The translations under genes and the position numbers were made by a program. Shown piece after piece: positions 1-13,200 of a DNA stretch of 64,000 nucleotides (positions are counted from its first letter, which is position 1; each line of letters starts with the position of its first letter). The stretch is from Phoronis australis (Eukaryota > Animalia > Phoronida). The stretch lies in assembly GCA_002633005.1 (NCBI GenBank), contig NMRA01000393.1:329833-393832 (forward strand). The letters are read 5' to 3'. The notes beneath the pieces are model-generated. The model did not search any database, was not told where the DNA came from, and worked only from the letters and a program-made list of their open reading frames with translations.

Positions 1-1992
1 AACAGATGGGTTTTCTTTTGTGTGTCACACTCGCATTAACTGTCCATTGTCACGCGCTGCCTTACCCTAGTTATTGTATATGTGCATATGGACCTTCCAT
101 TTTAAAGTGGTGGAGCAATAAGGTGGGCTGTGTGTGGAGGGGAGTATTGACTGTACTTGTACATAATGTAGGCATCCTTGTTGTGACCAGCTGCTGTAGA
201 TTAAGCTGTCACATTATTTGTCAAAACCTGCTGTTATGGCAACTCAGCCTGTCATGTGATCTGCAGGATGGTCACTCCCTAACTGACAGATCCCCCACTG
301 AGTAAATTCTTGAACTGCAGTATGCCTGGACAATGTAACATGGCCTGAAAGTCTGTTGTTCCACATGCCTCACTCATCACAAGAAGCTGCTGTGACCTCA
401 CAAAAGGCTTTTGAATTAGATGCAAGTCAAGATTAAGTTTCATTGCTCCTTGACTGCTTTTCTTGTGCCCCTTGACCTTTCTACAACAACCACAATCCTT
501 TGTTGTGCATTTTAAATGGACATTGACTAATAACACATTTAGTTAGTCATAAAGATAGGCAAACTTAGGTATAGTTCAATCTTTTTATTTAAAATCAAAC
601 TCAAAATTATTTTTCACATTATCTATTCCACTATTTGTTCAAACCCAAGATATGTCTGCCTACATTATGATTGTTCGCACTTGATAACTTCTAAATTCAA
701 ACTGAACAACAAACTCAAGGAAAAATTAAAAAGTAATCAGAAATTTGCTTGTGTTCCAATCTGGACCCAACTGTTTCTAATGTAATGTGCACTTGAGTTT
801 TTGTCCATCAGGCTTAGTGACATTATTATCACATGAAGATTGAGATGACGTGTCATCAAGAATTTGTAGAATGTTTGCAATGGAACTGTTCAAATGTTGT
901 TATTTATTGAAAGCCTTCTGTAGATGTTTATAGTTGTTGACTTTCAACACTCAAAAGGGTTGGAATTAGATCAGAAAAGGCCCCTTTTGTTGGAAACTTT
1001 GGCCTGCGGCTATGTACATAAATGATGAAAAACCTATCTGTGACAGGATTTTATGTCTTTTTATTTTATTCTACAAAACACAATGCTGCAGAGAGCATCT
1101 CCCAGGATTCGTTTACAAAAACCCCAAAACACCACTTTCAAGTACATTTGACAAAACTAATAAATTGTCACTTGGAAGTAATGCAATCAGTTTTTACAAA
1201 AACCAATTTGGAAGTGATGTATACAATCTTTCTGCCCTAATTTCTTTCATGACTAGTTAGCAGCTCTACCCCCAATCATTGTTGTCAGGTCCCTCATTGT
1301 TGACATGAGAATGACCACATGACACTTTGTACAATGGGTTACATATGTGTAACTAGGTCAACCATCCAAGGAGCCTGGGGACTTGTAGCAATAACAGATA
1401 AGGCAAAGGGTTAGTACTAAATAGTTGTGTACTAGTGCCCCCCATTGATCAAGTTGGTTTGTATAAGAGGTGTTGATTAATTAATTAAAATGATACTAAA
1501 ATTGGATTTTGACTATCAAGGGACACTAAAACCAACTTAATAATTGAATCATTGAAAAAGTTTGATCTATGTTCTACAACTCTTAACTAAATTTCGTTAA
1601 TTGGAAAATATGGCTAATACTTGAGATGTCAGTTTATTCGACAATTGTGTGTGCTGCGAGTTTTGTATCGTGCTAGAATCTATTTTATGACACAAGTAGA
1701 GTTTTAACTGACATTATCTTTCCGAGAATTAAGCACTAACTGTACAGTGATACCTAGGTCTGAAGTTAGAAGCAGTTTTAAGTAAAATCACCAAAACATG
1801 ATTTAGTATCCTTTTAGACCAATACTTAAATGTTGAAACTTGATGGTTATGTTTTACCTAGTACTTATTGGTGACTGTCGTGGGGTTTTGAATTAAGTTT
1901 GCAGGATGGGAATAATTACAAAATATTCAAGAAATAGCGAAAATATCTGTATGGCGTTTTTAAGACCATTTGCACTGATGTAGCATATGTGT

Positions 1993-2224
1993 GCATGGAG
2001 TATAATGACCAGTGATACTGATATATGGTGTTTAGTGACCAGTCATCCTGATAGCATGGAGTGTAATGACCAGTCATATTGATGTACAGTGTTTAGTGAC
2101 CAGTCATTCTGATAGCATGGAGTGTAATGACCAGTCATACTGATATATGGTGTTTAGTGACTAGTCATCCTGATAGCATGGAGTGTAATAACCAGTCATA
2201 TTGATGTATGGTGTTTAATGACCA
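1993..2224. repeat. Minisatellite, ~3.8 x 61 bp, each unit a diverged ~30-bp dimer
   Basis: gcatggagt recurs at 1993, 2054, 2115 and 2176. Confidence 0.92.
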
Positions 2225-2350
2225 ACTGGGCTTGGTACTTATCTTTTTAGGAATGTTATACCTATAACTCTTTGAATTAATTGTACTTGTTACTATAATA
2301 AATAAATAAATACATTACAATACAATACCAGTCAGCCTGATGTAACATAA

Positions 2351-2786
2351 AGTGATGCTTCTGTGCATGAACTTGGAATCCTGCTTAATCTCAAGATAGC
2401 GTAGGCATGAACTTGGAATACATCTGGAAATATGACTAGTTCACTCAAATAATCATGTTCACATTGATAAGAATTTTCACTGTACTAAATCAATTTACAT
2501 GTTAATAAAATGATGTAAATTTTAAGCAACTGTTTTTCAACTATTGGTGATCTTTGACCAAACAATATTTGATTTAATAATTCACAAAATTAATCCAATT
2601 CTCTGACGCAAGTTACGGCAAAGGAGAAAATGGATGATCCTGATGCCTATAATTACAAAAATTCTTACATTGAACAAAAAATTTCACCTAATTGCGTGAA
2701 TGACTATTCATTTGTTTTCCAAGTTCATGCATAAGCGATCTTGAGGTTAAGCAGGATTCCAAGTTCACACACAACAGCACATCACT
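2351..2786. mobile_element. MITE/foldback element with ~95-bp imperfect terminal inverted repeats
   Basis: tgaacttggaatcctgcttaatctcaagat...catgaacttggaa (2350-2450) is the reverse complement of ttccaagttcatg...atcttgaggttaagcaggattccaagttca (2690-2786). Confidence 0.8.
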
Positions 2787-4882
2787 GTGTCTATGGTTGT
2801 GCTTATGTAGACAGCTAGACAAGAAAGGTAGAATTATTCACCTGAGATTCAAAGTGAAACTGCCTTATGTTATTGCAGTTGCCAAGTCTCAGTAACGTGT
2901 GAATGTATTCCGATATAAACAAGGTATTCAGCATCCTGACCTTGGTCGAACCAGCGAAAATGGTAGTCAATTTCAAGATGTTATTTCCCAAATCAAACAC
3001 CTTTTTACATTTAAAAATATTTTTTATTCAAATCTTGACAGTTTGTGACAATTTCCATCATGTTCATGTGAAGTGGATTACGGTATATTACTTTCATGGG
3101 GTTTCCTCCAACACCCTAAAATGTTCCACTTCTACATGAGCGGCTGTCAAAACATGGACTTCATGATTTATCCTCCTGCAAAATTTACATATTTTCAGTT
3201 TAAAGCGCCCTGTGCTCGGCATCATACTGCTCACTCACAATTTGTGTGATCAATACTTCCTGGAAAGCTCTTGTCATTTTTGTGAACACCGGTTTCATAC
3301 GAATTTATTGTTATGAGACTTTTTATGCCAAGATTCCTGAAATCTTTTTGAAAACGCTCCCCAGTGCAGAACATAATCTATTTAATATTTAAAGTTTTCA
3401 GTGTCAACCAGGATGCATTATAGTAGAAGATATGATGTACTAACCCTGGCCGACCTTCAGACAAAGCAAAATTTAGATGATTTTGGCTTAGGCTGGGCAG
3501 TTCACTTCTTGTCTCTTCCTTGTTTTATCTAAAAGTGCTGTATTAAGCTGAGTGCTGATAAACTTCCTGGTTTGCTTTCAATTGGTAAATAAATTAATTG
3601 ACACGATTTTGACAACTTGAGGTTCAGGTGCCAAAAATCTCAGTTTGAGACCATACCAATCCAAGTTAAATGCCCACATTAGCGTTATTGCTCCCCTACA
3701 AAATTTCTAAATTTTCACTTTTAGAAGCGTGTGCTCAGCTTGTTGGCGTACCTCCAATTTATGCAATTGGGACTTCCTTGGTGGGGGTGTGTCTTTGAGA
3801 ATATTTGTCTCATGATACAAATTTTAGCTTCCATACTGTATGAAACTTACGGGTTACCTTTAAGTAACAGTTTCATTTCAGCTTTACCTTATTTGAGGGG
3901 AGATACTCACCTGCATGCGAGTCTGACACATTTGCCTGAATTAACTATTTGGCTAAATGCCCACACCAAACTTCTCAATCAAAAACTTTGTTCTTAAATG
4001 TATAATTATGCTTTTCTAACATCCACTCCTCACTTTTGGTTGCCCTGAACATGGACAAGTACCATGATATTATCACTTGCATGTCAGTAAGTGTGTATAC
4101 CATCACTGGACAACAACATAAAATGAACATTATTTGTACCAATAAAGTTATTGACAAGTCGTGTCATTTTAGTGTTCTGGTGGAAGATGAACCATTGCTG
4201 ATTCCTGATTATCTTTCACCCAATGGTAGGCACGCCAATTCTTTTTCCAATTGGCAGCTATGAGTGCTTCTTACTGGTTAGAATTACAATGTCCACTTAC
4301 TACAACCTCTGTCCATTAGAGAACCTATCTGAGTAATCTGGCAATACCCCCAAAGTGAGATTTTAATAGGGGAGCTCGTTATGATTTATATGGCTAGACT
4401 GCCTGTACTTTTAGACTGAGACTGATGAATGCTGAGGATTGCCTCTGTATCATCTTTACTCAATAATCAGTTATGAATCATCGTTCAACATCTAATTAAG
4501 CCAGCATGCTTGTCGCACTGCTCATTTAAGATGATGTCATTTGAAACCTATTGATTATTGATGTTGTTTCTTCTTCAGTAAATCACCTCTCTCATTCCAT
4601 TCTCTGTGTTGTTTCGCATTTCAGCCTGCCATCTGTTGTGGTGTAAGAAAACTCACACTTTTGTTCCAACCACAAGTCAGAGTACTGTTCAACCCTAAAA
4701 TTATGAAGGATTTGGCTGCAAAGTTTTTATTAAACCACTGTTGAACCTTTGTTAGCAATTGAGTAGTCGTGTAGAAGATACAATTTGCATCAGAATTCGT
4801 GAAAATCCTCAAAATTGAGTTCAAGTTGTTCCATTTATGTTTTGCTTTATTATGAGATTTGCCACTCTTGTAAGTTCTTAGA

Positions 4883-5197
4883 AGGCCCTTTCGCACTGTC
4901 ATCGACACATCAGTGTTTAGAGGGGCATCGCCAGTAGGTAGCGTAAATCCCTGGTGGACCAAAGTTTGTTGTGATGCCGTCAGCAGGTATCCTGGCAACA
5001 ACAGTGCATGCTGTGTTAGAAATTTGGGACTATTTTGTTCAATTATTCTTATACTGTCAGCATTTTATTTCAGTAAGTGACTGTTTATTGCGAAGTTAAT
5101 TGGCGCTTAAAATTTTGATCCAGGACCGAAGTTAATCAATCATACTGACCGCAACTCCCTAAAATATCCTTGCGTCAACATTAGTGTGAAATGGCCT
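4883..5197. mobile_element. MITE with Harbinger-like TIRs
   Basis: aggccctttcgcact ... agtgtgaaatggcct inverted termini; same terminal motif as 35693..36151. Confidence 0.55.
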
Positions 5198-6799
5198 ATA
5201 GATATACTGGTATGAGAGTATTGTCTGAGCATTCTTTTGTTCATCTTTCAGTGTGACTTCAGTGTGGATTATTCAATTCTTCAACTATTTAGCATACATT
5301 ATTGCAGAAAAGTGAAATTATATTTTGCCAAATTTCACCACAGAAATAAAAGTCAAGAAGATTTTAGTATATTTTTAACTTGGTTCATAAATTGTTTAGA
5401 CGCCACAAAAACAGGATTTGGTAAAGTTTCCATTAATTGCAACAAAGCAGAATTTTTGTGCGAAACAAATGGAGAATAAAAATCCTCTCTAGAATCTGAC
5501 TACCGATAAATAATTGAGTTTTGGAACCAATCAAAATTGAGGAATACCAGCAATCATAATCTCATGGTATTTGTATGTTGAACAATATTAGTCAACCAAA
5601 GTTCACCCTTGTTTTTGTATTTCAAAACAGATTAAAAATTGATGTAAAAGCATGTTTTTGCGACAACTACTGCTGCTATTGATAACTCCTACCAATGAAT
5701 GTGCGGTTAGCATGGGGTGAGCATCAGAGTCTATCTTCACAGTACTCTAGGAAATTGTGTCAACACAAGTTATGAATTGTGAGTTATTGTGTAGACATTA
5801 AAATTTACACCTAAATTCGTTGGGATTCCATTTTCTTTAGTTCTGTTTGTAGACTGAGCGAAGATTGTTCGTTCTAATGTCAGGGCTCCATGTTCAAATA
5901 TTTTCGTCCGCAGCGATCTCTATCCATACCACCATGACTGAACTAGTCTTGATGTCAAACTATGAGAAAGTGGACCCCTTCGTGGCACCATGTATTTGTC
6001 AATGGATTTTTAATTATTTCACTTTTGTAATTGAGTTCCTGTTAAATGTCAGTGTATAGTATCACTTTTAGCCGAAGTAGCCAAAATAGATGAGTTCTGC
6101 TTTGGTTCTCTGGCGCCCGTTGATGATTTTCATACTGTAATTTTTTGAACCTGGCAGATAATTTTTCTGCGAGTGATTCTGGACAAAAGACCACTGGAGC
6201 AGCAGAAGATGCTTTTCAACATAATTGCTGTAACTGCCATGATACCCCTGTCCATGAAAACCTTCAGTACCCCTTAGTTTACTGTTTTATTCTGACTCAT
6301 CATCTGCGAAATGTATAGCTTTGTCCACACCAGAAATTCTGGATATGGCAGTAACTCTGTCTGGCCTGGTGAGAGCTCTGGGCAGGAATGTTTTCCAGAG
6401 TGCAAAAGAGTTCTGTCACTCAAGGATGACTTAATTCTGTACTACAAATGATATAGAACTTGAGAGACATTTGAAGTTTCAAACTTACAGTGCAATACAC
6501 TGTAGACTTACTGTGACTGCACTTTGCTGTGTTGCATGATTCTCGTCTGGAAACAAGAGAATATGAAGTGTTGATCAGTGGTCGCGATTTCTTGATTTAC
6601 TTAAGCATAATAGCAGTTAAATATTCAATAATTTAATCTAAATGACAGAAGTAAGAAGCTTCGACATTTTTGTTGCTTATTTCCCATTTGGTGTCGGCAA
6701 CATTAACAGTACTGGTGCTCTCGATAAGAATGCTGTTGCACGCTCATGACAAATTTTAGTATCTAGTAAAACATGCCTGTGTCATGGATAGGATGGCAC

Positions 6800-9295
6800 A
6801 AGTGAATTTTCAAATAGATCGACCAACAGGTGTCCCCCCGGGCAATTTTACTGTGTTACATTTATCTCTTTATCTTTGGAGTTTCTTGACGGATTTTCGA
6901 TTTTCGTGAAATTTGACTAGCAGGAGTCTGTAAAGAAGACAACACCATCATTTTGTTTTGGAATGGATTCAAAATATTCTTCCCCACCTATTGGCAATTT
7001 TTGCTGTTTTTGAGTTTTTGGGCAACCGTCTCTCAATTGACCACAACTGTAGGCTCTTATTTTGAAGAGAACAAGTGAGGATTGTGTTTGGATAGCTCAG
7101 ACTTGTGGTGTGCCCCAGTAACACTTTTTTGCGTCCATGGTTGTATCTCCGGAACCCATAGCAAGATCTTTGTTGAATTTGGCAAGTAAATATTTCTATG
7201 AACGTGGCATCGGATGAGTATGACTTTCAGACAGATTCGAGTTCCCCTTTGCCCCCCCAGTGATAATTTTAATTTATACCTTTTCCTCTGTATCTTGAGA
7301 GTTCCTTGGTGGATTTTCATGGAAGTTGCCAATTAGGTTTCTCTTTAAGAGGCAATGACACACTCTCATTTTCAGATGGATTCAGCTTTTTGTGTGCCTC
7401 CTAGTGGCCAATTTTATTATTTTTGAGCCTGATTTGACTTCCGTCTCTCTATTGGACAAACATTTTAGAATTGGCGTATGTTTTCCTCCTAAATAGAGCA
7501 CATCTAGCGATGTTTTTGAATGGTACTGTCTACTGTGGTGCCCCATAGTGTCATTTTTGTGTCTGGATATGTCTCCTAAACCTTTTGCAAGATTCTTCTT
7601 AATTTTAGCAAGTTTCTTTCTATTTCCTGCCTCAGACGCTAGTGGCAAATGGTAGGTTCCACTGTGCATGTCTCAAGTGTCAACTCAAAATAACAAACTT
7701 TACAAAATATGCTTGATTTATCACTTGTGCTATGTATTGCTTAGAAGTCACATAGTTGCAGATGACATCTTACCATAGCTCAGCTTTTGGTATTACAACT
7801 TAAGTTGATTTGGGCCATTTAATGAAGGTTATATAGGCCATTTCAACAAGCCGTGCATTGCACCAAATATCTGCAAAACATTGAATTTAAATCTGTAAAG
7901 GCCTAATCTACTTTCCGAAAGTGGAAAGTCTATAGAATTTGATTGTGTTCTTTGAACCAGTCTGCCATTTAGTGGGTAACGTTACAGTGACATTTCAGTA
8001 AAATTTAGCAAAAAAGAAATTGTTTTTTTTTCATTTTTGCAACATTTGAGTTTTTGCATAAAAATCATAAAAGTGCTTTATTTTGATACCCCCGAGTGTG
8101 CAAAAGCGGACCATTTTGTAAACAATTCCCAACAGTGCATAAAACTCGTCTCATTTGCCTACTGGCTTTTTGAATGTTTCGTTGGTATTACAATACCCAC
8201 TTAACCACAGCCCTGGACTTCTGTCAACAGTCAGTATAGGTTGAAACATTCCAACAAAGAAAGTCACTGTTATAACACCCTATAACGCATTTTTCTTTTC
8301 TTCTGTTGTAGCTCACCAGTTTTTACTATTCAAACAATGGAGACCTTCAATTTTCAATGACAGATGTGCTAAATATATATGTGGGTGCATGACGCCATCC
8401 CATGCCCCCTTCTGGGGTCTTCTGTATTTCCTAAACCCAAAGATGGCAGATAGGTTTATATTAAAGAGATGGTAACACCTTCCAATTTTCGAATGGATTT
8501 ACATATTGTATGCCACTTAGTAACCATTTTAGATTCATTATTGGGAAGTGCATGGCTGACAATAATTTTTAGCAGTCTGAGTCCTGTGGCGCCCTCTTGA
8601 GGCAATTTTGTATTTTTGCCTGTGGCTTAATGCAAGTTCCTTCACGAAATTTGGCATGTGTTTCTATTGAGGATAGTACAACTCACGTGAATTTTGGGAC
8701 AAATACTACGAGAGGCACCTAGTGGCCATGCTATTTTTTTGCACTTGCCTTGATATCTTGACTCCTTGATGGATGTTCGTGAAATTTGGTAAATAAGTTA
8801 CTATCAAGTAGACAACAACACCTGCCCAGTTTCAGATGGAATTGACCTACATTTCGCTTCCTAGTGGCCTTTCTATTGTTTTTGTGTCCTTTGTTGTATG
8901 CTTCTCTGTCCCTTCTTGAAGAATCATAAAGTTGGCTGGACGTGTATTCCTAATGAGGAGCGCATTTCTGACTTCCTTTGTACCCCAACATAAGTATCCC
9001 CAATAGAAGCTCTTATTAAGTTTGTCAGCATTGCCCCATTTAGTGGAAATGTTTAAAACAACACTCACACCCTCTATGTGCATTGTATGTCATGCAACAC
9101 TCACCCCCTCTATGTGCACTGTATGCCACGCAACACTCACCCCCTCTATGTGCACTGTATGCCATGCAACACTCACCCCCTCTATGTGCGCTGCATGCCA
9201 TGCAAAGAGTGGCTGCATATCCTCACTCTGCTTCTTGCCACGTAACAGGAAATCACAAATTTCCTGTGCATTCGAGAACTTGATAATTATTCTTA
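6800..9295. mobile_element. Degenerate non-autonomous element built of internally repeated modules with CTCF-like motifs (possibly Helentron/HINE-type); contains a nested insertion near 7825-8130
   Basis: Recurrent modules 'tatctttggagtttcttg..ggattttcatgaaatttg' and 'gtgcc.cctagtggc'. Terminal 9-bp hairpin ACAGGAAAT-cacaa-ATTTCCTGT at 9245-9267. Second copy at 27590-28560. Superfamily is a guess and boundaries are approximate. Confidence 0.55.
9060..9203. repeat. Minisatellite, 4 x 36 bp
   Basis: aacactcacccc...tatgtgcactgtatgccatgc at 9060, 9096, 9132 and 9168. Confidence 0.93.
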
Positions 9296-9438
9296 ATATT
9301 GATGGTTAATTAATGACCATATTGCAGTCTGAAATTGATGTAGTTGTAACCTTCAATATTTTGTGACATTGAATTGAGCATGCATGCACACTATACAAAC
9401 TCATGTTTAAAAGCAAACTTTAAACACATTATGCGTGT

Positions 9439-9496
9439 ACATGGTTCCTGTCCACTGCTCCACACAACATGGTTCCTGTCCACTGCTCCACACAAC
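9439..9496. repeat. Tandem duplication, 2 x 28 bp
   Basis: acatggttcctgtccactgctccacaca twice. Confidence 0.9.
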
Positions 9497-10624
9497 TAAA
9501 ACTTTCACAGATTTCCTAATACATATTGATTTCCAATAGTAATGCAATTGTTTTTAGCTTGCAAATAAAATGATTGTTATTTAATGCCATCGAAGACCCG
9601 TTTTAATTACTGCACTTTGCCTCAACCAACTGCTTTAGCAAAGGAAGTGTCTTGGGCAAGTCTCAGTCTTGGGAACTAATTTATTGATTGGACAAGTGTT
9701 ATCAGGGGCTGCACTGTCTGCTGACTTGACATGAGTTGGATAATCAACATAAAACATGTATCCTGTTATAATATTGTCAGCCCTTGATCTGCTGTTTGTT
9801 AGCAAGAGCTGTTATGGCTGTTTTGACTAGTATCAGAGCTAAGTGAAGAATACACAAATTTGTGAATTCTTAATTGTAACTGCAAGCCAATACACAATTC
9901 TAAAATGTTTTGGCTTTAAGTTGCAATTCTGGAGTACAATGATGCAAAATCACTATTTGTGAAGGTATAGGCATGATCTCAGACAAAGTTTTAGCTACAT
10001 TAGCATAATTTATTAATTAGACAAAATTTTATGTAAATTAACTTCCAAGGATCGTCATTTTGAACTTTCAAAAGTCTGTCAAGGAAATCCAATTTATATG
10101 TTGGTTGAGGTTTTCCGTAACATTTTAATGCGTTCGGTTGCATAGACTTGTGCCTCTCTGCATAGGAGCTTTGAAAATAGTTTTAATCATTGCCAGAATA
10201 TTGTGTCATCTGTCATTGTCAGGGCACATCAGCCATTTACAGTGTTGAAGCCTAGGTTAAAGAAGGTACCATGAAAATTCTCCAGACAGTTGGGTGTATA
10301 ACTTTGCACTTTGTCAGTAGCTGGCTGATGATAGACCATTAGGATTGTAATTGTGTTATAAATGTTTGATAGCTTCCATTCAGCTGGATGCAATATCATT
10401 ATCTCTTGGTGATGACTCATCTCTCTCCAGTATCTATGTTAATAGAATTCCATTGCAGAACTTTCTGTATTCATCTGAAGCTAGTTCACTCTGGGGGGTG
10501 TCAAGGCTGGAATTATGTTGATGGTGCTTGGACGTGCTTAAAGACTGAGTCAGTTTTGTTTGCTGGCTTAATATAACTTTGTTTTGTTTATGTAGTAAGT
10601 GTCTCTTTCCATCTTCCTCGTTTG

Positions 10625-10787
10625 TGATTGGTTGGTCATGGTTATAGCAACACGCTGCCCACCCCTTGGAGAGGACTTTGGTTAAGTCCTTATGCAGAGT
10701 TTTACTATAGTTTAATCAATTGTCTTCTTTTGGATTAGCCATCAGCTAAGTAGGAAGTACTTTCTAGGAAGTTGTATCGAGGTAAGA
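10625..10787 (+). promoter_or_regulatory. Candidate promoter/first exon
   Basis: GATTGG, RFX half-site TATAGCAAC (10643-10651), CCCACCCC box, donor GAG|gtaaga at 10781/10782. Confidence 0.3.
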
Positions 10788-10997
10788 ATTGTCTGCCATT
10801 AGCTCCCAATTTGCTAGTTTTCACTAAAGTTTTATTAGTTTTTGTGACGTAACTTCATACAATATCGACTCTTTTTTCTGACCATAGCAATTGTTGAAAA
10901 AACATAGTAAAGTGTAGCACTGACTTAGTCTTAGGTCTACTGAGACACAGGGACCAACAAGCAATATGTCCACAGCCACTTTCATATATTTTGTTTC

Positions 10998-11075
10998 CGC
11001 CCCCCACATCACCGCCCCCCTCCCATCATGACCCACCTCCATCACNCCCCCCCATCACCGCCCCCCATCACCCCA
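10998..11075. repeat. C-rich simple repeat (catcaccgccccc)n containing an assembly n
   Basis: Seen directly; n at 11046. Confidence 0.7.
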
Positions 11076-12849
11076 TACTTGTAGCATATATGGGTAGCAC
11101 AGTAGAAACGCCAAAAAGGTACAAGGTATCTGTAGAAGTCATAGCAGTTCACCTATATGTATCTAGCAGTTCATTTCACATAGTTACGTGAATGCAGACT
11201 CACTGTGATGAACAGTGATATTACCAAGGTGTGACTGTTGTCATCGAGGGCGTGACTTGACAGTTGTCTGTCTGGGTGTCCTATTTGTCCAGGATTAATA
11301 TTTAACGATTTTCTCCTTGTTATAGTTATATAGTAGTTGCTGACACAGTACTGTTCATTGCACATGTTTTGATTTTGTTCTTGCAAGCAGGAGGATCAGT
11401 CACATGTAGAATAGTGCATTTTTACACACTATGAAGAATTAATTTCCCTAAATGCATTGTTTTCATACCACCTTCGTACCTTCACTGAGTGCTTCGACAT
11501 TGGTGTCTTGTGATTTATAACAAACTTTGGTGACCACTCATTTGTTTTATTGAGCATTTAATCACTTTCAATACCAGTATTTATCTCTGGTAACCTGCTT
11601 TTTATTGGTTTTGTGTTTGTTGTGAGCATACTTTCTTTTCAATAACGTTCCGCTAATAGTGCAATAATGTATTTTGTTACACAGTCTTTCAATTGATTGC
11701 ATTTCATGATTCGTTGATCTTTTCTGCCCACAAACCCCAACAATGAGGGCACTGAATCCTTTAGATGTGCAGACATGAGGGTGCAGTGAAATTTGTTTAG
11801 AAAGAACATGACTATAGCTTATGATAAATAAAATGTAAACCTATGTTAACACGTGTTGATGGCTGTTTGATTTCTTGTACATCACAGTTTGTGAAGAGGG
11901 TACCACTTCATATTTTGAGAATGGAGGATTTTAGATCTTATTGCTATCAATTGATTAGGAAGCTTCAGTCTTGGCTAAGCATTCCGTCAAAAACTGTCTT
12001 TTGAGTTACATGCTTAAACTGGTTGCGACTTGTTAGTTCTCTCGTAAGAAACTACTTCATTTTTGCGTGATAAAACTACTCAAGAAATTGTCACAGTGGG
12101 TCATTTTATCCACCCAAGGTGGTCTCATGCAAAAGCTCAGAAATCATTTCTCATCTGAGTAAGGAACACGTTGAGACCAGGGAAACCCTGGGGTGAAAAG
12201 TCTTCACATATGAAATGAAAAAGAAGTCTCACAGCTTTATACTGATGATTCAACCTTCCAGCCTCGTCATCAATCAATTTCAGTAGCATCCATTTTACTA
12301 TTGTCCACGAGTAAATTCCCGAATGTACTCGCAAAACATTCACCTGTGACTCGCATGATTTTGCATGGTCTACCATTATTTGGCTTTTCTAGCAAGAAAC
12401 GTGCTATGTGTAGTACATCCCTGGTCTGAGCCTTTTGCAGTAGATTCCTGGTCTGAGCCTTTTCAGACTGATACATTTTGATTTCCTATGTCTAAAGCCT
12501 GCTATCATCGAGTACACTTTTGCATTATGATATTTGAAATTTCAAATGTAAGATGGCCAAAGACAGAGATGCCAGGTCTGTCTTTCTAATGACCTATTTG
12601 CCATGTGTTACTGTGACATTTAGCTAATTTAAATGCCAAATGACAACTGTCACTGTTACCACATCTGTCATTGATTTGGGTTCATGTGACTACTGGCTCT
12701 GGTTCATAGGACTACTGGCTCACTACTGGCTCTTGTTCACAGGACTACTGGCTCTGTGCTTGCTGTGGGCTCTGGTCTTACATAAAATAACCTCAAGTGA
12801 CATCAGCAGTTTGAAACATTTATTTATCATTTCTAGAAAGATTTAATTA

Positions 12850-13200
12850 CTTTGTAAAATAATTATTGATCAAAGGAGTCTGTTCTGCATCTTCACTTAG
12901 TTGATCAAAACGCGTAATTGCCTCCTCCGTTGACCTAAAACTCACTGACCTATTAACCTCAATTATGCAAATGAGTAGCTGCAGTACATGCCACAGACAA
13001 AATGACTCGGAATTTGTCGCCATGCTGGCTGAACCATCATCGTAGCTAGAGCAACCCGACGTGATGGGGGAACGGTAGTTTGTCTGATAGCTTTTGACTT
13101 GTACTGTATTAAGAAACATTCTACATAGGACTCTTTGGCGTCATGAAAGCGCAAGAGCAGTGTTTGCTTTTCCCATTTTTTGGCATTTAAGGTGTGATGA
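12850..13200 (-). pseudogene. Possible decayed Mutator/MULE-type transposase fragment
   Basis: Frameshifted minus-strand translations HDAKESYVECFLIQYKS ... FCLWHVLQ ... STEEAITRFDQL resemble, in order, the MULE 'DE..ESY.WFL..FK' and 'C.WH' motifs. Recognised by eye only. Confidence 0.4.
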
